This document shows positions 25,443 through 39,143 of a DNA stretch of 64,000 nucleotides, piece after piece; position 1 is the first letter of the stretch, and every line of letters begins with the position of its first letter. The notes under the pieces are model-generated. The model did no database searches and had not been told where the DNA came from. It saw nothing but the letters and a program-made list of their open reading frames with translations. Location: contig OZ316891.1 of NCBI GenBank assembly GCA_973895155.1, positions 28,525,145 through 28,589,144 of the forward strand, written 5' to 3'. This DNA comes from Marsupella aquatica. Lineage: Eukaryota > Plantae > Marchantiophyta. Made by a program: the position numbers and the translations under genes.

Positions 25443-25687
25443 TATGGTTACAGCATTTTCTTCGATTGCACCTAAAATAGCTATTCTTGTTTATCTCTCG
25501 ATTGGTTTCACTCATCAGGACTTTCAGAGAGGGTGGGAACGAAAATAAATAGATTTTGTCGCGAAACAGAAAGTGTTTATGCGCTTTGCTTATCCCACCG
25601 TAGATATTTATGCTATGCCCTGGGAGGGCTTTTGCCATCAAGACCTAGGGGCTGTGGGGCAAGCACATACAATTGCTCAGACAATTT
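25443..25687 (+). pseudogene. Fused nad2 (VTAFSSIAPKI) and rps7 5' fragments
   Basis: 25500-25687 is nearly identical to the reverse complement of about 36180-36365 (rps7). A more degenerate rps7 piece lies at ~23825-23940. Confidence 0.8.
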
Positions 25688-25978
25688 AGAGATCTAAAAT
25701 CTAAACGCGAGATCAATGAGATCTTGATTTATTACTCCCCCGACATAAACCGGATGGCGGCCGGTGGGTTCTACACCAGATTATAAGCATTCCGAGGAGA
25801 CCACCTCGTATGAGATGAGAGACGCTAAGAAAGGACGCAAGCTCTTTTCTGAAGTGATAGCGAAAAGGCGAAATAAAACAAATTTTATTGGTACGAGCGC
25901 CAGCCTGGCCTTATGCCCCATGGGCCTTCGACCAAGCAAAAATATTTCTTTCTGCTTTCGCCAAACGGGGGGGGCGGC

Positions 25979-26050
25979 CTGGAGTAAAAGGATTCGAACC
26001 TTTGTTTCCCGGCATCAAAGGCCGATGCCTTACCACTTGGCTATACTCCA
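25979..26050 (-). tRNA. trnQ: tRNA-Gln(UUG)
   Basis: tggagtatagccaagtggtaaggc..., anticodon TTG. Confidence 0.95.
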
Positions 26051-26791
26051 AAAAAAAGCCCATAAATCAACCTTACACGAGAATGAAATCACTCCATGTG
26101 GCGTCATTGGCACATTAGGGAACGGTTGATCACTTCGCGCTCTGCATTTTCTTATTTCGGAGAAAGTCCAAACATACCCGTCAGACAGACAAAAAAGTTG
26201 TTCCGGAACCTATCAAAAAAGGTTTTCAGTTACTAATTTATTTTATTGCATGGAAAATAACTATCATCTATAATCAATCATATGTATATACTAAAAGCAG
26301 CTAATTGAAGAGCTACATCTTTCGTAGGCTTATGCTTTACCCGTCTCATGGTTCATTTTTTGTTTGAGGCCCCAGCCAGTAGTTGCTTACTACTTAGATG
26401 ATTTTTCCCCTGGGATTTGTCCGCACTCCGTACTTCAGTCTAGAAAACAGGCAAAGTTAGTTCGCTTGAGAAGCTTTCTACGCAATTTTCTCTACAGTGG
26501 TGGGCTCGCGGCCTTATTAAGCACAGATGCTGCGTATAATGTTGAGTTATAATTCTTCGGAGCTAACACTCGATCGATGGTGCTTTGCAAAATTTTTGGG
26601 AGGTAGAAGAAGAAAAGACGCTCGCAGAAGTCCATCATGACTTCGATATCTGTTTTGATCGATATGAGAAATAAGCTGCCCCCGGCGGGCAGTCTGGTTA
26701 TCTCTCCACGCCGCTATTTCAAAACTGAATGATTCTATCAGAGATGAATGACCCGAGAGAGAGCCTGGCCGTGGGTTTACTTTGCTCACCG

Positions 26792-27566
26792 ATGAGCCGG
26801 GCTACTGCTCCACGAACCGTACGGGATAGTGGCCGCCCATCACACAGCTCCCTAACCTGCCTTTCTTCGTAGCTCCTTTGCCGAACCCGGAAAGGCACAC
26901 CTTGGAAGATTGCCCGATAGACCGCGTCGTCAAAGTGAAACTTGCCGAACGGGGACCGATTAGTAAGTACATAGGCTCCTTACCCACTTATCACGAGCTT
27001 TTCTATTGCTAGGTCCTTTTCTCAGTGGAGTCCCCCACTTCCGACGGTAAATGCATCCATAGGCACTACGTGTCCCTCTTTGGCTTTATTTATAGGGTCT
27101 CACCGTCCTTTCCCGTGTGGCTTGTCTAATCTAGTGGACGCCCCCCTCCGTAAAAATAAGAAAGATGTTGTTCAGTCGCCCCCCCCCTTTTTCCTAGTGA
27201 TATAATCCACTACTACATTAGGTCTATCTCTTCCATGATAAGGTTAGGGGGCCACCTCGTCGCGCATCATCCTTGAAAGGAGTATAGTGAACAGCGTACG
27301 TTCGCGCGCGACGCGAAACGGAGGACAACGGCCCAAGGTCAGCCATTCGGTGTAGCGCCGTAACTCCGATTCGCCAGTACGGATCCTCATCTTTAAACAC
27401 AGGAGCCGGCTCGACTACTCTATTCGGTCATCCTTTTCGGGATGAGCGAAATCCCGGAGCTTTTTTCACATGCTAAGGTCTCCGTTGCCGAACGAACCGG
27501 GATAAGTGAAATGCCTTAGTACATCGTGAACTTGTACTTTTAGCGCGCGGGCAGGACCGGTCGCCC
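26792..27566 (-). ncRNA. Group II intron with no recognisable host exons
   Basis: Minus-strand domain V gagctgtgtgatgggcggccactatcccgtacggttc, 3' end ctcat, candidate 5' end gggcgacc. Confidence 0.6.
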
Positions 27567-28077
27567 CAGTCAGTGCTAAACCAGGAGGCTCGTACCCCCT
27601 TCGCGGACATAATAGTCCCCGCAGCTTATAATATGATTTCCGAATCGAGCGCGCTTCGCGTTATGACTCCATCCACGTAGATTATTTCTTCGCCAATCAA
27701 GCAGCCATGCTGCTTGATCGCTCTTCCCCTCTGTGCAGTTTCATTCCTTCGCAACTCAAGCACACGATATTCAAACAAATGTTTTTTCTTCCCCGTCGTC
27801 AACCATCGTGGATCGTTGATCAAATTGTTATCGGCTGTCGACACCTCATTTTCATATTTAGGCTATTGATTACGAATAAGGATGATTGGAACGTTTTTAT
27901 CTTTGATAAAAAACTGACCTATACTTTTGATTCAGGCTCGTACCTCTGCCCATCCAGTATCACATTCATAAGGTAAGCACCTCCTGTCCACTTAGTTCAT
28001 CAGTGACCCAAACAAAGGCCATACCTGTTGTGCGCGTTGTAATAGTCGTTTCGAAAAAAATAAATGAAAATGGCCTT

Positions 28078-28629
28078 ATGCAACGAAAATTTCTACGAAA
28101 AAAAGCCCTCTCCCTAAGGTCGAGTGCCCTTCGGCGGGCCGAAGATATCGAAAAACAATATCCATATATTCTTTTATTTCATTGTAGTGGCTTGACAAGC
28201 CGACAATGGCGACAAATCAAGAATATATTGTGTACCATTAAAGGTAAAACTTTATTTAAACCGAAAGAGATAGAAAAAAATAAAAATAGTCTGCCAAACA
28301 ATCGGGGCGGCGGCCATTGGATCGCACAGCTTGCTTCTAGCGCGGGTCCTACTTGTATCTTGTACTTGACTAAGAAAGCACCAAACAATACATGGTCACA
28401 ATTGCTGCTACCTACAGCCGCCTCCTACAGCCAAAATTTAGTTTTATTATATGGACAAGACGTAGGAGCCACTGTTCTCAATCATATGGATATGAAAAAA
28501 GCGACTACTTTGGAAACAACATCGGTATTTCAACAACTTCTTGGTCTTATGTTTTTACCCGGCGCGTGTTTTTTGTTTTTGGTTGAACAAGCCAACGGAC
28601 AGAAGTTATTTATTAACAAACATGGTTGA
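28078..28629 (+). CDS. rpl10: Mitochondrial ribosomal protein L10
   Basis: MQRKFLRKKAL...YPYILLFHCSGLTSRQWRQIKNIL...AGPTCILY...LVLLYGQ. Confidence 0.85.
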   Translation: MQRKFLRKKALSLRSSALRRAEDIEKQYPYILLFHCSGLTSRQWRQIKNILCTIKGKTLFKPKEIEKNKNSLPNNRGGGHWIAQLASSAGPTCILYLTKKAPNNTWSQLLLPTAASYSQNLVLLYGQDVGATVLNHMDMKKATTLETTSVFQQLLGLMFLPGACFLFLVEQANGQKLFINKHG

Positions 28630-30425
28630 TGAGTTTTGAGCGCAACAATGTTTAACGTCACACCCATTTGACGCTCTATTCGTTATATGAAAGAGAGGTG
28701 AGGATCGGCGGCTACTTGGTGCACGGGGAATAACCAAGTGACGGGGCCTTACTTTGACAATCGAGCCCGTAGGCTTGATTGGCGGCACAGTTTGGTGGCT
28801 TAGTTCATGACAAAAAGCTTTCTGGGTACATAAAACACCTGTGAAATCTCTTCTTTCTTAGCAATTTCGGCGAAGTAAATCGTAGGTAGAGCCGGCCCGA
28901 GAACCCCCGGAGCCAAAGAAGTATCCCTCCCCGAATTGGCTGGTGAACGTTTAATGCAGGAGCCGGACGACACAGCACCTAAAACCTTCTGCATAGGTAG
29001 CGCTGAGTTAGGCAGGGCTCAAGTCCTAGCCTGGGATAGCAATGGGCAAATTTTCCAGTGGCTGAGACCGTACATAGTTGTACAAGGTACTATCCGTGTC
29101 TTACCATGAACCGCTCCGGACGGCAGTTGAATTGCTAAAATTTATATAAATGGATTCACTACAGCATAATTGGAGCCACCGGGTTTCTCAGCGCCTTGTA
29201 TCATTAATCGTATCTCGAGGCGATTTACTCGTAATCCGGTTTCGGAAAACCGAGGGTGAGGTCTTCTTCATCTATCACTACCAAAACCCTGTTCAAACGC
29301 TACACGCTTCGAAGTGCACGTACAAATTGAAGCTTGGAGATAACAAAGTCGAGCTCAGCCCAACATCATATGTCAAGCGAATTTTAGTTAATCAAAGCCA
29401 AGCACTAACTACTTGGCTTCCCAGTGCAAACCCCGTACAATGCCTGTGAGTCCGGTGGCAATTTTCGAACGTATATTGAATCAGCCAAGTCAAGATGATT
29501 CCCGAATCCAAATGCCGAACCTACCCGCGACATATTGAATAGCAAATATTATTGGTCCTGGTTACAGGCCCTGTGTCGTGTTCCACAGACCTTTCGACGA
29601 AGCGCGTGGTAAGGAACTCAACGAATACGCAAATTATCGCTCTCGAAGAAGGCTGGCGGAAGGCAACCCGACTGCGACGAGGAGGCGCCATGCGTTGCAC
29701 GCGGCGCGGTTCCATTAACTTCTGCGGTTTTACATGTTCGAACGTGTGGCCGATCCACCTCATAACTCGGATAAAAGTGTGTTTTGGCAGCAAAAACATA
29801 AATTTTTTAAAGTTTAAAGTGTTGTTGGATTACCTATCCTAAACCCCTCCAACTGGTTCAATATAATGGATAAGGCTTTCTAGGATAGCGTTATAAGAAC
29901 ATGCTCCCAGAGCCGCCGCGTTCTATACCATGTCCCATTAGCCCGCACGTTTGACAATTATGTATGTAACTCGCAAAAACCCATTTGTCAGGTTGGGACC
30001 CATCGGGAGTAGTAAGGAAATGACTCTCGGTGGTGAGTGAGGCCCGGCGACCTGTGGCATATCGCGGCTGGCGTTGTTGGGACAGGCCTTAACATGCCAG
30101 AACGCAACTTCATCATAATTAACATGGCTTCCTCCTAACCGGCGGCTCCAGCTCTATAGTTCCGTAAAACCAACCGTGGAGGAGGCCGAAGCCGTTTCAA
30201 TACAGGCTCTTTCACAGGTGCCTACGCCGTCCATCGAAACATGAAGCGGGAGATGCAACTTACTTGTGCTGAGAAGAAGGAAGTAGAGCCAAGGGCGTAT
30301 GACTCCGGGACTTATACCGAGCTTCGTTTACTACATTCGTCATATGGCTGGCGCAAGAAAATTCCAAACAGGTTATCGTGAGTTGGATGACATAGAGAGT
30401 CCAGCCTCGTTTTATGGAGTCAAAT

Positions 30426-30890
30426 CTACGATCCAATAACTTGGCAGAGAATCTCACCGCCACCAAAATTGGTTTTTTGTGCTTCACGATCACATATCAA
30501 ATTTCCCCTTGAAGTGGATAAGATGGTTATACCAAGTCCTTCCCTTTTTTTTGATAAACGATTTTTTGATGAATAAATCCGAAAACCTGGTTTAGATATT
30601 GTTTCCATCTTTTTCATTACACCCATTCCAGAAAAATGATACTTCAAGACTATTCTCAAGCTTCCGTCTGCTTCCTGAGAGAATCCGTGGATATAACCCT
30701 CACCGTACAGAATTCTGCAAAAATCCCAACAAAGACGCGAAACGAAAACGCGAGGGGTAATTTTACAAGCGGAGCAGACAAAGCATTTTTTTCTCTCGCT
30801 TATTTTTTTGAAGGAGGAAAAATAAAGAACACGCTTTTGAGCTTTTTGCGCATTTTTTATACCGGATAAAAGATTACTTAATGTATGCAT
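30426..30890 (-). CDS. rps8: Ribosomal protein S8; last codons probably replaced by linker DNA
   Basis: MHTLSNLLSGIKNAQ...EGYIHGF...ISKPGFRIY...GITILSTSRG...GGEILCQV, then IGS* inside a linker-like stretch; rpl6 does not follow. Confidence 0.9.
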   Translation of the reverse strand: MHTLSNLLSGIKNAQKAQKRVLYFSSFKKISERKKCFVCSACKITPRVFVSRLCWDFCRILYGEGYIHGFSQEADGSLRIVLKYHFSGMGVMKKMETISKPGFRIYSSKNRLSKKREGLGITILSTSRGNLICDREAQKTNFGGGEILCQVIGS

Positions 30891-31390
30891 AAAAAGAATA
30901 TTTTTTTTCTATTTTTTCGATTCGAACAGCACTTCGCGCCTCGCGGGGCGTTCGATTTATTCCTTATTAAGAGACATTTGATTTATTCCTTATTAAGAGA
31001 CATATATCTAAATTGGTGGTTTCAACCCTCCCTATAGTCCCGTGCCCGAAAAAAGCGTTTTTCGTCAGTCGCGGGCCCTTCGGGCACTCTCGCCTTCTTT
31101 CTAAGCCATTTTTAGAAGACTTCGGGCACTCCTCCCACCTATTAGGTCTCGTGCCTTTGGCGGCCGCAGGGTTCGGAAAAATATTTGTTGTTTTTCGCTA
31201 CATTCCCAATTTAGCTATTAGATTCTACCTGGAGAAAGTTCAGCGTGTAGTAACCAAATGTTCGAATCATAAGCGAGGGAAAAAACGTATTTCATTTTAT
31301 GAGCGCCTCGTATACTTGGCAGGTTGGGAGGCAGTGGAGGAAGACCTATATATAGGTACTCCTCGAAGAGCTAACCTTTTCTTTTATTGG

Positions 31391-32584
31391 CTACCAACAC
31401 GATTTGTTTATGCCTATCAAAGAACCTTTAGAAGCTAATTCACGAAAAACTATACGAGAAATGCGAAATAACTTATATACGGAACGAGGGCGCCCTGTGA
31501 AAATACACCGGTTTCTTACTCGTGTTTTGGAACTATTTCTTGGCAACTTAGACAACTTAGAAAAATATTCATAACGGTTACAGTAGACGTGGAATTTCCT
31601 CTGACGCCCCTGATTCAAAACCGTACGTGATAGTCTCCTATCATACGGCTCCTTGCACCCAGATTGATAAATTATTACGACTTAAAGAGACGTTGTGTCT
31701 CTCATCCTCGATTTTGAAGCATATATGTTGACTGCTCTTTCATCCCTTGGGATGCATGGACACTTTAGCATATCCCGATCGTAACAACCGGGCAAAAAAA
31801 AGTTTTTTTTAGCTTTTTGCCCTATCCCAATCCTACACACCATGAAGTTAGCCCGCCTGAGTTCAAGCTCAGAGGTGCGCAGGATTACACAGTTCCGAGA
31901 TTCCATTCATCCTTTTGGATTGGGCCGTAAGGCTCCCGCTCTACGCCGGAGGCGCACTGAAAGAACGGGAAAGGGCAGAAAATACCTTTCCCTGGGCCTC
32001 TGTCTGATATTCCGGACGCGGCGGGGGGTCAGTAGGAAGCAATACCACCCCGCTTTCCTATTACGACGCTTCAGATGCTACGGTTCAGTAATTAGCCTTC
32101 GTAGGTAGAATAACCACCCTGTAGTATTCACCCGGACAATACCCAACAAAGGGTATTTGTCACGCCCTTGCTAGAGATTATTCGTTCCCCACTTCCTAAG
32201 GGGCGAAACTCGCTTATCCCCGCGGGGAGCGAAGACTGCGGAAAAGGCTTGCTTTAAAATTTCCGGGTTCTTCATCCCTTTTCTACCCAGCTTCACACCT
32301 TTGGATGCCACTCCAAACGCATGTGGGTACGCTGTTACCCTGTTCTCAAGGGAGAAGGACTTTCACCTTCATGGAAACTCAGTTCACTCGCTCCGCCATC
32401 CGGGTGCGGATGAATGCGGAATAGAGCGCACAGGCGTGACTCAACGTCTTGACCTGTGAACAGGTCGCACTATCTTATTAGGAAGATTTCTATCTTGACA
32501 CATGGCTTTGTAATACATTCGTTTCAATTCATATTTAGCCACAAGCAATCTACGTTTGTGATCCCGCATAATTTTATTTGACAT
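31391..32584 (-). CDS. rps14: Ribosomal protein S14, two exons (32584-32471, 31576-31391) with group II intron rps14i114
   Basis: Exon 1 is exactly 114 nt, then gtgcg; exon 2 RYEYFSKLSKLPRNSSKTRVRNRCIFTGRPR...KSCW; 300 nt in total. Confidence 0.95.
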
Positions 32585-32588
32585 ATGA

Positions 32589-33149
32589 CTAAACCTCTTT
32601 TTGCAAAAAGCCACTCCACAAAATTACAGTCTCATCTTGTGTGTTAGCTGAAGTGACAATAGTTACATCAAACCCTCGAATATGCTCGAAAATCTCGAAA
32701 TGATCCTGTATTTCGGGAAATAATCGTAACAACGACGTTGCCATTGATAATTGAATGGAGTTTTTACGTATTTTGACCGGATAATCGTAGAAGGATATTA
32801 TTGTAACAAGTTTTTCCAAAAAATTATACATGATATGCCCTCGTAGAGTGCTTCGTGCTAGGTGAGTGACATATCCTGTGTCTCTCTTGGACTCCTGATT
32901 TACTACGAATTTATTGAATCGAAACGACTTTCCTGTCGAACCCCTACTTCGTGTCTGTATGAATTTTTGACCACAAACAATTTCCATGGCTAATTTAACA
33001 TTCTTTATGAAACTTGAGGGTGCCTTTGGAACTACTATTGTTTTACACAATCTGGGAACTTCCATTATATTTTCGTAATTAATTTTTAGCAAGAAATCTG
33101 GACGTATTACCTGATCGTAATGAAACTCGAGTCTATTTGGGGAGAACAT
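32589..33149 (-). CDS. rpl5: Ribosomal protein L5
   Basis: [16 protein letters not shown]...AMEIVCGQK...[15 protein letters not shown]...[23 protein letters not shown]. Confidence 0.95.
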   Translation of the reverse strand: MFSPNRLEFHYDQVIRPDFLLKINYENIMEVPRLCKTIVVPKAPSSFIKNVKLAMEIVCGQKFIQTRSRGSTGKSFRFNKFVVNQESKRDTGYVTHLARSTLRGHIMYNFLEKLVTIISFYDYPVKIRKNSIQLSMATSLLRLFPEIQDHFEIFEHIRGFDVTIVTSANTQDETVILWSGFLQKEV

Positions 33150-35239
33150 AATTCGATTTGGCCTTTTTTTATTGAAATGGAAGCATCAAGGGCATCGAAA
33201 ACCAATGTACCAGCCCGTTTATCGGGAAGGGCGAGCAGTCATCAGCTCACCCCGATGGATATAGAGATAGTAATACTTGATGGCATGGTGCGAAGTTAAG
33301 ACCACGCACCCTAGAGATTCGACCTACTTCATCGCAGGCACTTTTGACAGCACCCATAATGACCACCTTCTCGATCCTTTCCTGAAGACTGCGCGTAAAC
33401 GACGGCTCTTGGCGGGAATGAGTCCGAATCCTTTGTAAGTCTTCTGGCGTTCCCTGAAAGTCCGGCGATAACATTTTAAAGATATTTTTGGCGTTGTTAT
33501 CCCAGTCATTAAGTCAGTAACAATATTGATTGTGCAACGTGCGACTAGCGGAATAAGCAGCTATGCCGGTTTCCCAACCATGGAAAAGTGCCAAAGCCCA
33601 CCCGTTTGCGCGGCCAATCCGGGCTAAAGTCACGTTGTAGCCGGAATGACCGGTAAGCGCGGTACGAAAGATAGCAAGCACCACGCGCCTCTATAAGCGC
33701 TTCAATCGACAAGGGCTTCAATCTACAAGCCCGAACACGCTTCCCGCGCACTCCGTGCCGATGGGTCCGAAGGTGAGCAATGCTTGCCAATAATAAGCGA
33801 CTACTTATAGTAAAAGGTAATATTCCTTTTCGATAGTAACACCGGATTAGCAAAATGGGGTTACTATTGACGGTTCATTAGGAGAAAACAAGTTGTCTCT
33901 TTGCAAAGAGTTTTTCATTTAAAATATATCATCTTTTTCTCCATTTTTCTTTCTTCCGATGAAAAAATATACACATATTTATTTGCGATGGGTCACGGAT
34001 GATTAGCTCAGATTAGCTCAGAAGGATCTGCCTGCAAAATGTATTTATTTTTTGCCGTCGGGTAACGGATGCTTAGAGGGAGCGGGAGATCTTTGAATAA
34101 GGTCTCCCACTATGAGAGATTGGGAATAAGTAACCTTCCGCAACGATTAGAGCGGGATAATACGTATAGAACTACGCCGAGCTGTACATATAACAATACG
34201 AGTATCAAGATCTTAGTATACTTTGAGTACGGGAGGTACCGATCGAAAAGATACAAGAGCAAACGTTCTTAGTTTCGGGGGTTATTTCGGGCGTTGAACG
34301 CCGGCTCTTATAATCTCCTCGACCCAATTTGTGGGGTTAGCAAAATAAATCCACTAGTAAGTAAGGTGCAAAAAAAGACAGTGATCTTCAATCAAAATAG
34401 GAAGGAAGGGATCGATTTCGAGGGAGCTGGGCTCGCTGGAGGGAGTAGGTGTCATCTTATTTTTCCAATGATTCGCGGCGGCTTCTAGCCCTCGTGTTGG
34501 GGGCCCCTCCAAATCCTTGGGTTAGGCCGGCAGGATGGTTGTCCCCAAATACTTGGTCTCCGAGGGTTCAAGGGCTACCTTCCGTTCTTAGAGTTGTGCG
34601 AAGAACCGCTTCATCAAGTCATTCTGTTTCGTATTCATACATGGCCGGAGTAGCTTCGGCCTCGGCAGCTCTTGCTTTCGTCTCATTACCAGTTGCAATA
34701 AATTTTGCTCGCTCAGTGCCCCGCCCCCTGATTTGTCGGATTTCTCCTCAATTACCAAGGGTTTCCCGGTCGGCGGCACCGCTTTACCCGAGATATGAGC
34801 GACCCCCGTGAATATACCACTACTCCTACTATCGGGGTCGATGTCGAACCTTGCAATATCGAATTGTATTAATCTGTACGAGAAAGGGACCCGGACTTTG
34901 TTTCGTCGGACACCACAAGACCAAGATACTGTCCGACAAGGGCGACTGTCTGACATAATCCGAGCCGACACGAGGGTGGTAACACTAAAACGCAGTAATG
35001 AAATAAGTAAAGGCGGAAAGCGCCATTGAGCATATACATAGGGATGATCGGAACATAAAAGAAATCTTGATTGTAGGTGCGTGGGACTCGACCAGGTGGA
35101 GAGGTGTATAGCACTCGACCAGAAAGAGAGCGTGCGAAATGCCACTTTTGTCTCGAGCGCGGACTTCTCCAATAGAGCTAACTAACGTAACGAAGGTTAC
35201 AAGCTTATTTTGACTTTCCGCCATATTTTTTTCTCTTTC

Positions 35240-35532
35240 TCACGACCACTTAAAAAACTTTATCGACAACCCCAGTTTATGCGCGGCCAATGTAGCAGCT
35301 TGTTGAGCATTTGACAGACTGACGCAATCCATTTCAAATAAGATTTGTCCCTTCAACACACGAGCAATCCAACCTTTAGTATTTCCCTTGCCCTTTCCCA
35401 TTCGCACTTCTGCCGGTTTACTGGTAATAGGAATATCTGCGAAAACTCTTACCCATATTTTAGAATTTCTTCGAAATTTTCTGCTTATAGCACGACGCGC
35501 TGCTTCGATCGCTTGATACGAAATACGGCCAG
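35240..35532 (-). pseudogene. rpl16: rpl16 lacking its N-terminal part (junction at ~35,532)
   Basis: GRISYQAIEAARRAI...IWVRVFADIPITSKPAEVRMGKGKG... is intact; upstream is linker DNA rather than the rpl16 N terminus or rps3. Confidence 0.9.
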
Positions 35533-35725
35533 TATTTCGTATTTGGACCTCGTAGCGCATACAATTTGACTCAATTCCGGATTGTTTATACTCGCATAAT
35601 ACGTAATAAATCAGTAATACGAGTAATAAAACAATCCCTAAATACTTCCCGATCTAAGTTTGGTTGTAAATAATGTTTTCAGTTGCTCGCGGGTGAGCTT
35701 TTCTATAACCGATAAAGTAGATAGT

Positions 35726-36418
35726 TTACCACCATCTATAGTGGGAGAAACTACGATTGGCTTCAGCAAGTTTATGAAAATCATCCCTTTTTTTACGGGC
35801 AATCCCCATCTTTTGGGAAGCCTCCAGTATCTCAGCGTATAAACATTGATCCAAGCTTATGCTCTTCCTGCCCATACGTCGTTTGGCTGCTGATTCAGGC
35901 ATCCAACGAATAGCTAAGGTTTCTTGACGAGTTGTTGCTGTAATAGATGGTACTAATCGAGTAATGCCTGAGATTCTTACTTTTTTCACTCCACAAATAG
36001 GCTTGACATTTTCTATGGCGTTAACCAAAAGTTTTATTACATCGCCATGAGGAGCTAGACGATGAAACGTTTTATAAACAATAGCACGAGATCTCGTTTT
36101 TTTCCCATCAATCATGCAAATGTGAACCAATTTTTTTATCAATTGTTTTTGTTTACCATTTAAGCCCCGGATATAGCCCAAATTGTCTGAGCAATTGTAT
36201 GTGCTTGCCCCACGGCCCCTAGGTCTTGATGGCAAAAGCCCTCCCAGGGCGTAGCATAAATATCTACGGTGGGATAAGCAAAGCGCATAAACGCTTTCTG
36301 TTTCGCGACAAAATCTATTCCTTTTCGTTCCCACCCTCTCTGAAAGTCCTGATGAGTGAAACCAATCAAGAGATGAACTAAAAACACAGTTGAAATTCGA
36401 TTTTTCGAATAAATTCAT
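35726..36418 (-). CDS. rps7: Ribosomal protein S7
   Basis: [15 protein letters not shown]...AIENVKP...LAIRW...[24 protein letters not shown]. Confidence 0.95.
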   Translation of the reverse strand: MNLFEKSNFNCVFSSSLDWFHSSGLSERVGTKRNRFCRETESVYALCLSHRRYLCYALGGLLPSRPRGRGASTYNCSDNLGYIRGLNGKQKQLIKKLVHICMIDGKKTRSRAIVYKTFHRLAPHGDVIKLLVNAIENVKPICGVKKVRISGITRLVPSITATTRQETLAIRWMPESAAKRRMGRKSISLDQCLYAEILEASQKMGIARKKRDDFHKLAEANRSFSHYRWW

Positions 36419-36795
36419 ATATAATCTTTGGGTTTTTTCGTACCATATTTAGATCTGCCTCGACGTCGACCCGGTATTCCTTGAAGATCTTTAACTCCTC
36501 GAATACAATGGTATTTTATGCCTGGCAAATCTTGCACTCTACCTCCTCGAACCATAACCACGGAATGCTCCTGCAAATTATGCCCTTCGCCGGGGATGTA
36601 AGCAATTGTTTCATTTCGATTGGTTAAACGTACCTTAGCTATCTTGCGTAAAGCTGAATTAGGTTTTTTCGGCGATCTTGTCGAAACACGCAGGCAAACC
36701 CCCTGCTTTTGAGGACATTTATTTAAAGCTCGAGTACGCTTTGTCCGTCGTTTCGACTCCCTGCCCTTACGAACAAGCTGATTCATTGTTGGCAT
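36415..36795 (-). CDS. rps12: Ribosomal protein S12
   Basis: MPTMNQLVR...CPQKQGVC...[10 protein letters not shown]...[10 protein letters not shown]...[10 protein letters not shown]; overlaps the rps7 start (ATGA). Confidence 0.97.
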   Translation of the reverse strand: MPTMNQLVRKGRESKRRTKRTRALNKCPQKQGVCLRVSTRSPKKPNSALRKIAKVRLTNRNETIAYIPGEGHNLQEHSVVMVRGGRVQDLPGIKYHCIRGVKDLQGIPGRRRGRSKYGTKKPKDYI

Positions 36796-39070
36796 ATTTC
36801 GCTTATTTCGTTTTTTTCCATTAATTTAAAAATTCTTCATACCCAAAATTCGGCTCAAAATCGTTTGATTAATCCCCAACCGATAAATATGAATTTCTAG
36901 ATATTTTCAAGCCCTTTGGCCCCGTACTCTCCTTCCTTTGTTTTGTCGTGGAGACTTTAAAAATTTATCATTTCGTTTATGCTACTCGCGCCACCTTCGG
37001 CCCTCTCGCATATCGCTCAGCCGAAGTCTGGTACGATTCATCCATAATAGGTAGAACTCATTTTACGTCACCCGAACCGTACATACTAGTTTCGCATCCT
37101 CAAAACATTACGGAACAGGTATTTGGGTGGCCTGCGTAGGCCTACAATTACTAGTCTTCGGGCGTCGGCCTCCCCCTGGAGGGGGGGGGGGGTAAGAGTC
37201 CGCGGGGCCTCGAAGTAAACTTCTTCTTTGCTAGCATCAGTTTCATTATGCTAGGAAAGTGGACTAGAAAAATAAATATGTTACTGCTGCTCGACCGAAG
37301 GGACGCCGTAGGTGTCCGATGGTCCGACTTCAAATTTGCCTTTGTTGTTTCGAAGTCCTGTTAACCACCAGCCGGCTCGCCACTTTTCTTTCAAGTCGCG
37401 CTGAGGCGGTCTTTTGAACATACGACGCCGATAGGTGAGTGAAAAAGTATCTCCTCCATCGCCGCTCGAAGGTTGGAAGCATTTCGCACTGAAGGATAGG
37501 AGGTTAGCGGCGTAACAGATCGTCTCGACTCCTCCCAAGTCCCGCGCGAAGAAGAGGATTGGCTAAGTCTGGACGTACTTCTTCGTGGATGATGCTCGTC
37601 CACGAACACGGATCTCTCCAACCCCCGACGTCAGACAAGCTTTTTCTCCTGTTTTAGCAGCTAGCTGCATATCGTGCGGAATGAATGGCACATTACATTG
37701 ATGGCGAATTCGGAAGGGATGATACTCTTCTTGGTAGCCGGGCTAGCATATTCTTCGGGCCAGCCAATGTGGTAACCAACCGGAGTGGTTCTGTAGGGTA
37801 CGATGCTAGTACAAGGTAACGGGGACCACCCACCGGAGAGGTCGGCGGCCATGAACCTCTCGCTTCTCTGCACGGGATAGCGTTATTAGTATGTATCGCA
37901 CATCGAAAGATGAAGAAGATTAAATGGATGGACATATTTTTTATTTATTTTTATGTCGAAAAGAACGAGTAAATTTACTGATTTGCCAAGGGAGCGCAAT
38001 GGTGGGTACCCAAGTAGTAACGTAGTCGAGGAGGTATGAAATCAAAAACTCATTTGTTTGATTTGATTATAAGTTTTTCTTACAAAGCGCAACGATTCGC
38101 TCAGCATCATGCCTTCACCGGTAGTCTTAGCGAGGGAGACGACTTCTTCTCGGCTTTACCAAAGAAGGGCGGCCACCGTTCCCCATGTCGGCGTAGCTCT
38201 CTTACAAGAGTTTTTTGGGTATTCTAAAGTTTAGGCATCCCCTGTATTTTCGTGCTGTCTTAACGAATCAGATAGATTTAAATCTCGTTTTTGTTGCTTA
38301 AAACCCAACTCTGTTTGCTTAATACGTTCGTTTGCACGTATCCCCTTCATACGTTTTTTCGATCGTTGCGGGGACAACTCGATCTCGTCTTCTTTAATGC
38401 GTAAAATATGTACCTTTAGTCTACGAAGCGACCCCTTCCCGCAGGGCAGATGGTTAACCTGCGATAGGTTTCCAATTTTCACTTGCAGTGCGCAGCGCCT
38501 GCCGGCCGGCGACACCCCTAATTCGAATATGGTTCATGGGCGGCACCACCGACACGTTCCCAGGGCGCACTAGTAAACTATTTGGAACTTTCCGTTGGGT
38601 GCGCGGATTCCGTTCTAATGTAGTGCAAGTGGAGCCAAAGCCTCATACGAAGAAGATAGGGTAAAGTTGCAGCAGTTACGATAATGGTTAGGAAGAAACG
38701 AAAACGTAATCATAAATGTCTGATAGACCGCTCAAATGTGCAAATAATGCAATTACAAGTAATAAAAGTGGTTGAGACTGACAATAATAAATTTCGAAAT
38801 TGAGACATTGAAAAAGACACTTTTGAAACCAATAAGATTCGTGAAAGCTCTTTCCGATAAAAATGCCAAAAAACCATGCGAGTAAAAAAAGAACGAATTC
38901 GAAACAAATATCTTCAAACTTGATTCAATATTAAAAAAGTGAATAATTTTGTACCGAACGGAAGCCGGGATAATTAAAAACATTGAAGTTTATTCTTTTT
39001 TTTTGTCGAAACCGCCATAAAGCCTTTTTCCCCTCGCTCCCGGAGCAACCTCAGTGGAGGTAAGTAAGAT

Positions 39071-39143
39071 TATCCCTTACGGGATTTGAACCCGTGTTTT
39101 CGACATGAAAAGCCGATGTCCTATACCCCTAGACGAAAGGGAC
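39071..39143 (-). tRNA. trnE: tRNA-Glu(UUC)
   Basis: gtccctttcgtctagggg..., anticodon TTC. Confidence 0.93.

Noticed and set aside
28990-30400. Possible degenerate retroelement/RT remnant in a mitochondrial spacer
   Set aside because: I could not read any convincing RT motif; a translated search is needed.
34885-34940. Inverted copy of a segment inside ccmFC (about 49,395-49,450)
   Set aside because: It belongs to the ordinary GC-rich dispersed repeats of liverwort mtDNA and shares no words with the linkers.
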